Shown: piece by piece, positions 1-12,229 of the stretch
How the letters are laid out: each line of letters opens with the position of its first letter
Position numbering within the stretch: position 1 is the stretch's first letter
NCBI RefSeq assembly: GCF_004010195.1
Contig: NC_057717.1
Span: forward strand, 100,081,185-100,145,184
Length of the DNA: 64,000 nt
Source: Chiloscyllium plagiosum
Lineage: Eukaryota
Reading direction: 5' to 3'
Notes under the pieces: generated by a model
The model's database searches: none
Told to the model about the DNA's origin: nothing
Seen by the model: only the letters and a program-made list of their open reading frames with translations
Translations under genes and position numbers: made by a program

Positions 1-190
1 CTGGAGGTTGGTGGGGTGGTAGGTGAGGACCAATGGGGTTCTGTCCTGGTGGCGATTGGAGGGGCGGGGTTCAAGGGCGGAGGAGTGGGAAGTGGAGGAG
101 ATGCGGTAGAGAGCATTATCAACCATGTCTGAGGGAAAATTGCGTTCTTTGAAGAAGGTGGCCATCTGGGTTGTTCGGTATTGGAATTGG
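1..190 (-). mobile_element. Penelope-like element internal fragment (truncated by window edge)
   Basis: Purine-rich sequence clearly homologous to 25355-25520 (ggaggttggtggggtgg...ggggttctgtcc...ctttgaagaagg), which belongs to a GIY-YIG-bearing Penelope copy. Confidence 0.7.
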
Positions 191-247
191 TCCTTCATGG
201 TAACCACAGCCACTGCAGGAATTGAATCAACACTGCTGGCTTTTCTG

Positions 248-321
248 ATTTGGAGATGCCGGTGTTGGACTGGGGTGTACAAAGTTAAAAATCACACAAC
301 ACCGGGTTATAGTCCAACAGG
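248..321. repeat. Short interspersed repeat terminus, probably Penelope-type
   Basis: tttggagatgccggtgttggactggggtgtacaaagttaaaaatcacacaacacc...tccaacagg resembles a common shark repeat end; recognised by eye only. Confidence 0.35.
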
Positions 322-599
322 CTTTTCTGTGCATTGCAGATGAGCTGTTCAGCCAACTGAGTTAACCAATCCCCTTACAATATGTTGTAAATATTTAGGA
401 TGTATTGAAGTGCCCAAAAGTGCAATGTATGGTGATGAATTGAATTTTGTTGTGTGTACTGTAATTTCACATCTAAGTGTTTACAGTTTAAAATTTAGTT
501 TCAGAAAGGCGTGTGGGGAATGAGAGATTGCAAGTACGAATGAAGTCTGAACACTGCTAGGTGGCACCGTGTTGAACCTGTAATGGTGAAAATCAGGCA

Positions 600-1150
600 A
601 GCATTGCCTCTGACGTTGCCCATTCAAGACAATGTCCAGGCATCATTTCACCCCCCAGTGACAGGTCCCGCCTTTTGTTGGTGCTGATTGGCTGGTCCGG
701 GGGCTGGCCCGTGAATGGCGGTTGTCGCTGTCAATTTGACGTGTGCCCCGCCTATCTCGCCCCGCCTCCTCCCGTCCTCGGAGGGGTGGAGCCGTCCCCA
801 ATTTGCAAAGCCCCAGGCGTCCATTCAAACCAGCGAGCAAGTTCGGCTGAAGCGACCAGAGACCGCCCTCCCACCGACGCACCGCGCCCTATTCTCGCTT
901 GTGATTGGTTTCCTCCAGTCGACCCTTGCCAGCGATTGGGTGAAGACGAACGTCAATCAAATCCGCATCTATCAGGTTAGCGTGAGAGAAAGGCTGGGAG
1001 AGGGAGAAAGAAGGCTTGAAAGTAAAATGGCGGCTGATGTAGCGGAAGGTGACCTGAGATTGGCGCTCTGTTGATGTTTTCTTTTTGGTGGGGGGAATTA
1101 AAACGTTTTATATTTCGAATGAGTCGAGCTCTCAAGGTCAAAAAACAAAA
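600..1150 (+). promoter_or_regulatory. CpG-island promoter and 5' leader of RNF11-like gene
   Basis: High CpG density. Inverted CCAAT boxes (gattgg ~686, ~903, ~934), GC boxes (cccgcc ~668, ~748, ~762), TGACGT half-CREs (~611, ~737) and YY1-like AAAATGGCGGC (1024-1034). Confidence 0.8.
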
Positions 1151-1321
1151 ATGGGCAATTGCTTCAAGTCGCAGTCGGGCGACGACATTTCTCTGCTGAA
1201 TGACTCGGCGAGCTACGCCGGAGCGGCCGCCGGCGGGGAAGCCTCGGCGGAGGGAGCGCAGGACGCAGAGCCCCGGGCCCCGGGCTTGCTGCTCGTACTG
1301 CCGCCTTCACCGCTTTACCAG
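1151..1321 (+). CDS. RNF11: RING finger protein 11-like, coding exon 1
   Basis: MGNCFKSQSGDDISLL matches the RNF11 N-terminus (MGNC acylation signal, DDISLL dileucine). ATG in aaaATGg context; donor CAG|GTCGGT after 57 codons. Likely a paralogue, see findings. Confidence 0.9.
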
Positions 1322-3125
1322 GTCGGTGTGTAGGGACAGGGGCGATAGCAGCCGCCAGAAGAAGGAGAAGAAGGAAAATAGCAATTAAATACACGTATAC
1401 AATTGGGGACTGCATCCCAATGAAAGTAATTTTGTGCACTCGTGTAGCGCCTGTTTTGCCCCCTTAGATTGCCTTATGTAGAACCTTTTCATGTACTCAA
1501 CTTCTGTGCTACCCAACTACCAAGTGAACAAGGAGTATTTGCATTTATGTTAGCGCCTTTTACGCCCTCCTTTGCATCTCATGACACTTAGTGGAAGCAT
1601 TTTTAACTAAAATTAGAAACCTTTGCACCCCAAAATATTAAAATGCTTAAATGTTTGCATTTATGTAACTCCTTTCACAACATTCTTTAGTACCCTGTGG
1701 AATACTTCATAAATACATTTATGGAGTCATAGAGATATACAGCATGTAAACAGACCTTTCGGTCCAACTTGTCCATACCGATCAGATTTGTAACTAAATA
1801 AAACTTCATATAGTTTGTTTCCAATCTCCCCTTGCATCCCCAAAATATTTTATTAAAGCTTTTTTTGTTGCGTTTGCATAGCACCTTTCATGACCTCCTT
1901 TGAATGCTGCAAGATACTTCGTTGTCTTATTGTCTCTATGGTAGCAGAGTCATCCTTAATTTTTGTGCTGATCTCACTGCAGTGAGACTTGAACCTCGCA
2001 TTTTCTAACTCAGCGGTAAGAGTACACTCCACTGAACCACAACTGACTGTGGAGGCACGCCGTCGTTATCTGGTAACCTCTCAATCCAGTATTTGAAAAC
2101 ATGAATTAATGGGTTGCTATAAATTTCTCGTTGCAATGATTCTGTCAGTGAGCATCCGAAGCGCTGACTGGAGTTGGGCTTCCGAATGTGGCAGTTGAAA
2201 TACAGTGCCTTTACCAAATGGGTTGCAGTTTGGGGATGCAAGCTCTGAGCCAGCAATGGAGCTCTTCCCAAGTTATAAAGTTTCTGCTTCTAATATGCCC
2301 TCATTGTCATAGTCCTCACAGAGGCATCATTACAATTTTAAAGCCTCAAAATGGGTTCAGAGTAGGGAAAAAGTTCAAAGTCTGGAACCACAGCTAGAAT
2401 GCAAAAATGAATTACAGGTTTAGTATAAATATTTCTAAAAAGTTTTGTTTAAACTAATAATAATAAAGTATATTAAAAGATTGCATTTCTGTAATGCAGT
2501 TTTCAAAGTGCTAGACAGCTGTTTACATGCTTTTGTAGGGATTGTTATATTTTAGGAGAACAGGGTTGAGCACAGCAAGCTTCTATAAATACCTTGATAA
2601 GATCATCTTTGTTTCTAACGTTCAACATTGGTCAAACACTCCTACTCTTTTAATCATGCCAGAGGATATTTAGAGTCCGCAGAGGGGATACACAAGGCTT
2701 TAATCTGACAGCTTTTCTTGAGATGGCATGCTGGCAGTACAGCACACTCAGTACTGTACTGGAGCATCAGATTGGGTTTTATGCTCACATGTTATCACAA
2801 TAAATTCCAAGGGTCATTCCATCCTGAGGCTTACTTGACAGTTGGTGTGATTCTAAGAGGACAGGTGATCCATGTTTGATTCCTAGCTAGCTTGGATAGC
2901 TTTTGTATTGGATGGGGTTCTCTTGGGTGAAATTTGTGCAGAAACAGCAGGATTCCTGCTTCTGTTCATTACTTCTGACCCATGTTTCAAAGAGGAATGG
3001 AATGGGGTTTGTCTGTGAAGCACTTCACAGTCCATTAGCTTGCCAAGACTTGGAGCTGTGTCTCAACGGGAGCCTGTGGATTCAACAGAAATTTCCCAGT
3101 AAGTGATCAAAGGCATGAAACAGTA

Positions 3126-3424
3126 TTAGATTAGATTACTTACAATGTGGAAACGGGCCCTTCGGCCCAACAAGTCCACACCGACCCTCTGAAGAGCAAC
3201 CCACCCAGACCCATTCCCCTACATTTACTCCTTCACCTAACACTAGGGCAATTTAGCATAGCCAATTCACCTAACCTGCACATTTTTGGACTGTGGGAGG
3301 AAACCCACGCAGACACTGGGAGAATGTGCAAACTCCACACAGTGAGTCGCCTGAAGTGGGAATTGAACCCGGGTCTCTGGCGCTGTGAGACAGCAGTGCT
3401 AACCACTGTGCCACCGTGCTGCCC
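3126..3424 (-). mobile_element. HE1-type V-SINE (tRNA-derived)
   Basis: Reverse complement of the 38722 copy: tRNA head with A/B boxes, V-domain, (TAATC)n tail. Confidence 0.85.
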
Positions 3425-3474
3425 ATTCGAGCAGAAAGCAGGCTACCAAGTCTGATAATTTTAACAGTTCATTT

Positions 3475-3893
3475 GTATCATAGAATCCCTATATTGTGGA
3501 AGTAGATCATTCAGCCCCTGAGTCGACACTGACCCTCTGAAGAGTATCGAGGAGAAAGTGAGGACTGCAGATGCTGGAGATCAGAGCTGAAAATGTGTTG
3601 CTGGAAAAGCGCAGCAAGTCAGGCAGCATCCAAGGAACAGGAAATCGGTGTTTTGGGCATAAGCCCTGAAGAAACGTCGATTCTCCTGTTCCTTAGATGT
3701 TGCCTGACCTGCTGTGCTTTTCCAGCAACACATTTTCACCTCTGAAGAGTATCTCAAGCAGAACCACCCTATCTACCTAACCTGCACATCTTTGGACTGT
3801 AGGAGGAAACTGGAGTGCCTGGAGGAAATCTATGCAGACACGGAGAGCGTGCTATGAGGCAGCAGTGCTAACCATTGAGCTGCTGTGCTGCCC
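3475..3893 (-). mobile_element. Diverged HE1-type SINE interrupted by a Penelope-derived palindrome
   Basis: SINE tail at 3475-3548 resumes at ~3740 (acctaacctgcacatctttggactg...cagcagtgctaacc). Confidence 0.7.
3549..3738. mobile_element. Penelope-derived palindromic (hairpin) element with 15-bp TSD
   Basis: Arms tgaaaatgtgttgctggaaaag / cttttccagcaacacattttca; direct repeat cctctgaagagtatc at 3534-3548 and 3739-3753. Confidence 0.85.
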
Positions 3894-4374
3894 ATATTTG
3901 TGAATAATTGTTCCGCTCTAAAGGAGTTCACTCCATATGAGTTACTGTTTTTGTTTCATCAACTTTGCCACTTTCCGTTCAGCGCAATACAAGTCACATA
4001 CTTTTCTAATTCTATTCTTGATCAGGCCAATTATCTTCATTATTATTCTCAAGCCTAAATTTGTGTATAATCCCACAAAGGATTCAAATATTCTGAAGAG
4101 TTTTATTAATTTGATCTGTCCTTGCTAACAAAATAATTATGCATTCCTCGAGTGGTTTGTAAGGAGGTTTTAAATAATCCCTCCTTTTTCCTACCCACTT
4201 CCACTTCCTGTTGTCCCTCAAGAATAGAATATTGTTTTCGTGGAAGCATGCAAGATCCTTGCAGTATTCAACCGGGCAGATGTAGAAGGAATGTTACCCC
4301 TGGGGATGGGTCTCACTGGGGGCAGGCAGTTTTAGAATAAGGCCATTTTAGGACAAAGTGGAATATTTTGGGTT

Positions 4375-4669
4375 TGATTAGATTCCCTATAGTGTGGGAA
4401 CAGGCCATTCGGTCCAACCAGTCCACACCAACCCTCCAAAGAGTAACCCATTCAGACCCACTTCCCTCTGACTAATGCACCTAGCACTATGGCCAATTTA
4501 GCATAGCCAATTCATCTGACTTGCACATCTTTAGACTGTGGGAGGAAACCTACGCAGACACGGGGAGAATGTGCAAAATCCACACAGACAGTCGCTCAAG
4601 GCTGGAATCGAACCTTGGACCCTACTGCTGTGAGGCAACAGTGCTAGCCACTGAGCTACCATGCTGCCC
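4375..4669 (-). mobile_element. HE1-type V-SINE
   Basis: Homologous to 3126-3424 over its length. Confidence 0.8.
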
Positions 4670-6970
4670 ATAGAATATCTTAACACAGAAGGTAAGGAAT
4701 CTTTGGAATTCTGTCCAACCCTAAGGGCTTTAAAAGCTCCATCATGGAATATGTTCAAGACAGAAATTGAAAGGTTTCTAGAGATCCTGTGACGTCAAGG
4801 AATGTGCTCATAGCACAAGAATGGCATTGAGGTTGAAGATAGCAATGATCTATTTGACTGCTGGAGCTAGCTTGAGAGATTGAATGGCGTTTGCCTATGT
4901 TTCTATGGTTGTAGGTGATGATAATCAACATGTTTATCTGAGTCAGTGAAGTAGTTGTAGTCAAGCTATTTCTGATGGTGTAGTACATTGGATCATTTGG
5001 CCATTCATGTGATTATCAAAACATCTAATCTTCACCAAAACATGCTGTTGCCCAACTTCCTCTAACTCCATCGTCATCAAACTTCTGTTCCTTCCTCAGT
5101 TTTGCCTTTAAATGCAGCCATCATTGCATGTGTTTGTGTAAAGGCAATGACATTGTTATAAGGTGCATTTGTGAGAGTGGAGGTAAGCAGTGTTGTTGGG
5201 TCTGAGTAAAAGAACATTATGCTGGATCTGACCCAGCTACTGTAGTATCTGGGAGTCCTTTGGTCTGCATTTGTGAGGAGGTGAGACATGGCATTTTTAA
5301 TTCTTTTTCCAAATGTTGGATTTTGTAGAAAGGCGCTTGAGCAGTGAACAGAAATTGAGTATATTTGGAACTTTTTATTGAGCTATTTTGGTACTGTTTG
5401 AAACATTCTCAATGTAAAAAGATTAGAAACTTGAAAGAGGACAGTGTAAGAACAGGTGTAGGCCATTCAGCAACTTGTGCTTGTTCTGTATTTTGAGTAG
5501 ATCACAAGTGATTAACTGCATCCACTTCCTTTGGTTCTATAACTCTAATTGCCAGTAATGATAGGATCCTGTATGAAAACAGCTTCATTTACTCAGTATT
5601 CTTTTGAGGTGCAACTGTTCAGAAGGTTGTGTTACCTTTTTCTCGGACATTGAAACTGTTGACATCCTTTCAACTGTCTAGTAATGCATCTCTCTTTCAT
5701 TTGGGAAAGGTTGGATATTCATCAATGCTGAATTAATACTTACTGAATACTGAGTGGCACTGTTAACTGGCATACTTGCTGTGGTCAATCCCGAATGGTA
5801 CCATGGTTGAGGAATACTCCAGGGAATGATGCTTTACTGAGTAACGTGATAAGGGTTCTACCTGATTCACCACATACCAAACACTGGTTTCAAAGGTACC
5901 ACTGTGAGCACTTTTTGCCAAAGTAATTCTAAACCCTTCCTCATATAAAGTGTGTTACTGAGTTTCTGGTTCTGATATTTTGGGAAGTAATTTTACAGGA
6001 ATTCCTGAACTTCCAGAGGCATGTGAGATTTTTGTGTCGCAAACACCAGGGCAGCAATGACTGTTATGGAATGTGGACTGAATGCTAATACCAATGATGA
6101 CCTTTACATCCTTGCATTGTGTTTTTTTTTTCTAATGGTGTGGCCTAATGGACATGTGAGGTCTGACTGTTGCTGAAAAAAAAGTACTTGTGAAATGTTC
6201 AGTGTTTTCAAGAGCCACATGTGGAGATGAGATCTGTAAAATGGGTGCCAAGCTAAGGTGATGATGGATACGAATAGACTTTGGATCTCACATGTAGCAA
6301 TTCACTGTACTTGGAGCTTGTGGCTATAAGTACCCTTGCTGTAACACTGTCCAAAAAGTGTTTAAAAAAAAATTAAGGCCACGTTTACTGTGCAGAGGAT
6401 GTTGTTTCTGCACTTTACAACAAAACACAGGGGCTCACAATACTGATTACCATGTGGCTTTTCTTTTGCAGACAGGATTACTACAATAACAGATAACAGC
6501 AGGCTTATAGAAGAACAAAATCGAGGCAGTAAAGCCAGAGGAGACAAAGAGTGAGCAACACACAAAAGAGAAGAGAGAGGGAGACAGCCACGGGTATAGT
6601 GAGAAAGTGAAACAGTGCAACATGGCTGAGAGTAAAAAAGAGAGGATCAAAATTCGGGAGGAGCACAAAGGGAAAAGAGCTCACAGAGAACAGAGCGCAG
6701 TAAGTGAGAAGCAGACAGGTTGACTGACAGGCTGGTCAAATTACTGAAGATGCTTTCACAGTGGCATTTTCACAGTTGTAGTACTTGTTCAGGAGGCTAG
6801 CTTTTTATTAAGCACTAAACAAGTTTCATCCTCTCAACTGTTACTCATTGCACTAAAGTTTTACCTTGACATTAATTTGGTAAGATAGGTTGTTCACCAA
6901 GGACTGTGTTAATGCTTGCTGTGTACTGAGTAGCACTATTACCTGGCATTTTGTTTGAGGCCCTGAATAG

Positions 6971-7260
6971 GGGGTGGCATAGTGGTAATATCATGGACTA
7001 ATCAGAGGGCCAGGCTAATGTTCCGGGGATGTGTTTCCAAATCCTGGCGAAGTTTTAAATTTAGTTAGCCAGTCATGGTCGTGAAACTAGCCTCAGTGAT
7101 GGTGACCATACCAAATATCATGAATGATCGTAAAGACTACTCTGATTCACTAATGTCCTTTTAGGGAAGGAATTCTGTTGTCCTTTCCTGTGGTCTGGAC
7201 TACTTAGTTTAAGGATGAGTAGCAAATGCTCAATGTGTTAGTGATGACTGTGTCACATGG
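6971..7260 (+). mobile_element. Old tRNA-derived SINE (SacSINE/Deu-like)
   Basis: ggtggcatagtggtaat head; ctgattcactaatgtccttttagggaagg core; similar copy at ~57595-58025. Confidence 0.55.
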
Positions 7261-7739
7261 AAGAAAATAAAACAAATGAAAGGTTACTTAAGGAAAATTT
7301 ATTTTATGCAACAAGAGATCAGGATTTGGAATACTTGCCTGAAAGAGAAGCAGGCGCACATTCAGTAGTTGTCTTCAAAAGGAATTGGATAAATTGGAAG
7401 AAAGATTGCAGGGATATAAAGAATGGAGGAGGACTAACTGGATGGCTGTTCAGTGGGCCAAATGGTCGGCTGTTCAGTGCTCTCCAGTAATTCCGATGCA
7501 ATAAGAGCAGGTACATGTGGGATAGTGCACCACCGATGGGCTTTCCCAAGGATCCTAAGTTTAATTGGAGGCCTAGTGCTCCTGACTTGTCTCCAAATGT
7601 GCCTAGTGCTGATGCTGTTTGTTCCAATGCAGCCAGAGATTGAGTTATTCTGGAAGTTTTGTAGTTAGTTTTTGCACATGCAGTATTTCACATTGCTTGT
7701 ATTCTAAGTAGATTAAATAGCTTGATGGAGCTGTTATTA

Positions 7740-8270
7740 CGAGTACTCTGTACAGTTTTGGACTCCTCACTGAAGGAAGGATGTGCTTGCCATTGAGGGA
7801 GTGCAACAGAGATTTTGCAGATTGATTTCTGATTTGGCAGGACGGCTCTACAAGGTAACATTGAGGAGACTGAGCTGTATTCTCTTGAGTTTAGAAGAAT
7901 GAAAGGTGATCCATTTGAATCATGCAAAATTCTTGTGAGGCTCAACTGGGTAGATGCAAGAGGATACTTTCCAAGGGTGTTGCGGGTAGGTCTTGAAACA
8001 AGCAAAGCATTCTCTGAATAAAGGGCAGCACTTTAAGATTGAGAGGAGGAGGAATTTCTTCACTCAGAGGTTGGTGAATCTTTGGAGTTTTCTTACCAGT
8101 GGACTGTGGAGACTCCGTCATTGGGTATGTTCACAACAGAGATCAGTAGATTTCTACATATCTGGGATAGATCAGGGGGAACTGATTTAACCTCAGGCAA
8201 CTTTGAGATAGAAGGTCAGCATAATCTGGTGAATGACAGACCAAACCCAAGAGGCCAAATGCTTGTATGT
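7740..8270 (+). mobile_element. CR1-type LINE 3' fragment
   Basis: Decayed RT C-terminus (RRNFFTQRLVNLW; tttagaagaatgaaaggtgat) similar to the 48236 copy. Confidence 0.7.
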
Positions 8271-9050
8271 TAAATTGGCAGAATATTAGCTGAATACTGG
8301 AACGCGACTTCAGTAAGCTTTTGGTTTGTTGGTAGTGTCTGTACTCTGAGTCTGCTTTTTGAGTCTGCTTTACAGGCATACACTGGGTAAGAGCTTGACA
8401 GAATCAGGTGGTGCAATCTTTTAGTTTAAGAACATTAGTTCTTAAACCAAGGTACATATTCTGCTGTAACGTTCTGATAGTTTCATTGCAGACCTTGGGT
8501 CTAAGTGTTTTACACAATAAGCGCTGATTGCTGTAGCTAATGAGCAGGCTTTTGCGATTCAATCATTTGCATCCTCCACTCCTTTCCTTTTCCCTCCCAA
8601 TTCAGATGTTCTCTTCAAATAATGGTTACAGAATCGTTCCCGATCATTTGAGAAAATAATAGAGGTACCAATTTAATGTCTTATCTGGCATGACAGCACA
8701 CACTAAGTTCAAGACTGGGTATGTCAGTCAGGATTACGTATTGAGGTTTCTTCAGCCTAATGTAAACTGCTATGAAGAGGTTGAGGAAAGTATGGGCCTG
8801 TAACTATGAGAGTTTAGAAGAATGAGAGGTCATCTTATTGAAATAGGTAAGATCTTGAGGGGACTTGGAAGAGTGAATGCTGAAACAATGTCCCCTCTTG
8901 TGGAAGAGACTAGGACTAGGTGACAGTTTAAAAGAAGTTAAGGAGTTCTCATATTTTTCTGAAATATTTTTCTGTCTGATTGCAGGTCTGTAGAATTTTT
9001 TTTCTTAGAGTGGTGAGGGCAAGAACATTGGATTATTTTTACACAAGGTT

Positions 9051-9210
9051 ATAGAGTCATAGACTCATAGAGATGTACAGCACGGAAACAGACCCTTCGG
9101 TCCAACTAGTTCATACTGACCAGATATCTCAACCCAATCTAGTTCCACCTGCCAGCACCTGGCCCATATCCCTCCAAACCCTTCCTATTCATATACCCAT
9201 CCAGATGCCA
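9051..9210 (-). mobile_element. CR1/HER1-type LINE 3' terminal stub
   Basis: atagagtcatag...gatgtacagcacggaaacagacccttcggtccaac; same terminus as 48236. Other stubs at ~1722, ~12087, ~46465 and ~53457. Confidence 0.7.
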
Positions 9211-11211
9211 TCGAGATTAGATTGAAAAGTGAGTTAAGGCTGCAATCAGCTTAGCCACAATTCTGGCAAACGGCGGTGTAGGCTTGAGGGGCAAGTTGCC
9301 TACATCTACTCGAGTTTGTATGAACTCTTTGGTTCAGAGGTGAGAGTGCTATCTCTGTACTACAGCTTCCATTCTACCAATGTTAAAGCCTTGGAAAAAA
9401 AAACAAGCGGTTCATGAGAGTACAGAAACTGGGCATGGATGAAAGCAGAGTGTTACGCAAGGATAGGCTCATTAAAACACAGCTTGCCTAAAGCATTGCA
9501 CAGGATGAAGATGTCACAATCCAGTTGCTTAATAACACAGTCTCCAAGTGCTGTAATCCGCACATTAAACAGCTGAGAGACGCACAATATAGGGTGGAGC
9601 AGTATAAGGAAAGCAATGATTTCTGTGCAATTACTTGAGGTTCCTTTCATTTAATTAAATGCCTATCCTCTTTGCTGACAAGCACTTTATTTAAAGGAGT
9701 GGCTTGGGTAACACCTGAGTAACTCAATAATCTATTGAAACTACTTTCAGTCACATTGCTGCATTTACAACCTAATTTGGAGCTGAGAATTCTGAGTTAC
9801 TTGGGGAAGCATTGGTGGGCTTACTCGATTGGTGTTCCTGTGATATTTTATACCTTTTTTCTCTTGGATGGTCTAAGAATTTTTTGTTACTGGTAGATGT
9901 CTAGTATTTGTATACACTGCACATTGAACACCAGGAGATTGCCCCTTCTGTAAGAGTGTATTGGCCGTCCCTAACAAAAAAAGCACTGGAGAGTGAAGAG
10001 GGCTAGGTCTAGATGTCATTTTTCTCATCCCCTTCCCTCCCCTTCGTTCAATCCCTCTCTCCAGTTCCTAACCCTTGAGCTCTCGGATGTGACCAAGAAT
10101 TGAACCTCCCGGTTTTCTTGGTCTGTGTAACTGGTATCTTAGCAGGCGATGTATTTTCTGTCTGACACCTGCTTTCTGGAAGACTTTACAGTAGAATTAT
10201 GAAACAGTTCAGCACAAAGGGAGTTTATTCAGTCCAATGAGCCGGTACCAGTGTCTTGACACAGGCAGTCAAATCAGTCCCACAGCTTTACAGGCCTGCA
10301 ATCATTCCCCTATTAAAAGTTATAATAAATCTGCTTGCATAACCTTCTGGGGTAGTGCATTTCCTGTTTTTTTGTACCCTAAATCCATGTACTCTGGGTA
10401 TTGACCCTTCTTGACCTGAAAGAGGGGAGTAGAGGTGAAAAACCTCAGAAATTGGATGGGTGGGCTAAGAGAAGCATCGTTTCTTTCCCCGCCCCCATAT
10501 TTTTCTATAGGTAGTTTTGGGATGAGAGTACAGATGGTAAGGCCATAACATATTATCTATCTCTAATTATCTTTGGGAAAGAGGCAGTGGGTTGCTGCCC
10601 TAAACAATGGAATGATACTCACTCACATTACTGAAGGAGGCCATTCAGCCTATTGTCCCTGTACTAACCCTTTGGAAGGGTATTACCGTTTGGAGCTTAT
10701 TTTCAAGCTTTTATTTTCATAATCCTCTAAGTTCCTTATTCTCAGTACCTGCCCAAGCCCCTTTTAAAATGTTCATCTAATTCCAATTCTCTGTACAGCT
10801 CAAATCACTTGTTCCTGACAACTTCTAATCTGTAAATCTCATCCATATCCTGTTTCCAATGGAAAATATTTAATCTTTACTGATCAGAACTGTCAATGAA
10901 GGGTTTTTACACCTCTGTTAGGCAAGAAGTTCTGGGACTTTGACCTAGCGACTCTGAAGGAATAGTAGGTTGGTTTGGGGCTTGGAACGGTCTTGCAAGT
11001 GGTGATGTTCTTATGTATCTCCTACTCATGTCCTTTTAGATGGTGGAGGTCAAGGGTTTGGAAGGTACTGTCAAGAAACTTGGTTCGTTGCTGCAGTCCA
11101 TCTTGTAAATGATACCCACTGCGCTGGTACTGTGCATTAGTGATGGAGGAAGTAAATGTTGGGAATCTTGTTGCATACTGTTCCCTAACAAATGAATTGC
11201 ATGCATTTCAG

Positions 11212-11381
11212 GAACAAGTGCAAATTCCAGTTTATCACCCAACACCCAGTCAGACCCGCCTGGCAACTCAGCTGACAGAGGAAGAACAGATTCGAATAGC
11301 ACAGAGGCTTGGCCTAATCCAACACCTTCCCAAAGGCAGCTTTGACTTTGGCAAGGAAACCCACAACAAGAAAATCAAGGA
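11212..11381 (+). CDS. RNF11: RING finger protein 11-like, coding exon 2
   Basis: EQVQIPVYHPTPSQTRLATQLTEEEQIRIAQRLGLIQHLPKG; acceptor tttcag|, donor GA|gtgagt; 170 nt. Confidence 0.95.
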
Positions 11382-11820
11382 GTGAGTATGAGTACATTGG
11401 AAATTGGACTGTTGGTAGCAGGAAGCTGATGTACTCTAGTTATCCTCTCCTCAGGCTTCTTATTGAGTGAATAGGGAGAAAGCCCAGTTTTAAATAATTG
11501 ACAACATTTCCAGCAGAGAGGTTTGTGGAATTTTCTGTATGCAGTGAGTTTTCATGCATTGGCTGTAAGGGCAGTGGAAGCAGATTCAACTCCCAATTTT
11601 ATATATGTATATATATATATATAAAACATAGAACAGCCCAGCACAGAAACAGGCCCTTTGGCCCACCATGTCTGCAACAACCATGATGCCATTCTAAACT
11701 AATCTCATCTGCCTGTACATGATCATATCCCTCTGTTACTTGCAATTTCATGTGCTTGTCTAAATGCTTCTTAGACATTGCTGAATCATATCTTTTAATT
11801 ATTGCCTCTACCACCTGGCT

Positions 11821-12029
11821 AGGAGAAAGTGAGGACTGCAGATGCTGGAGATCAGAGCTGAAAATGTGTTGCTGGAAAAGCGCAGCAGGTCAGGCAGCAT
11901 CCAAGGAGCAGGAGAATCGACGTTTCGGGCATGAGCCCTCCTGAAGAAGGGCTCATGCCCCAAATGTCGATTCTCCTGCTCCTTGGATGCTGCCTGACCT
12001 GCTGCACTTTTCCAGCAACACATTTTCAG
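11821..12029. mobile_element. Penelope-derived palindromic element with 15-bp TSD
   Basis: ~85-nt inverted arms; direct repeat ctctaccacctggct at 11806-11820 and 12030-12044; nested in a CR1 remnant. Confidence 0.9.
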
Positions 12030-12229
12030 CTCTACCACCTGGCTGGCAGCATGTTCCAGGTATCTACCAACCTCTATGCCTTTCACATAGAGTCATAGAA
12101 ATGTACAGCATGGAATCAGACCCTTCGGTCCAACCTGTCCATGCCGACCAGATATCGCAACCCAATCTAGTCCCACCTGTCAGCACCTGGCCCATATCCC
12201 TCCAAACCTTTCCTATTCATCTCCTTTAA

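Noticed and set aside
643-1026. ORFs of 79-119 aa in the first CpG island
   Set aside because: Non-ATG starts in GC-rich promoter DNA with no recognisable domain.
1430-1920. Three loosely repeated ttgcatttatgt..cctttcac / ttgcaccccaaaatatt segments in RNF11-like intron 1
   Set aside because: Most likely locally duplicated fragments of an old SINE tail; too degenerate to define units.
11750-12229. Recurrent short ORFs containing CCWKSAAGQAASKEQENRR (also at 24764, 25923, 30710, 58208, 58316)
   Set aside because: These are chance translations of the non-coding Penelope terminal repeat on both strands, not a peptide gene family.
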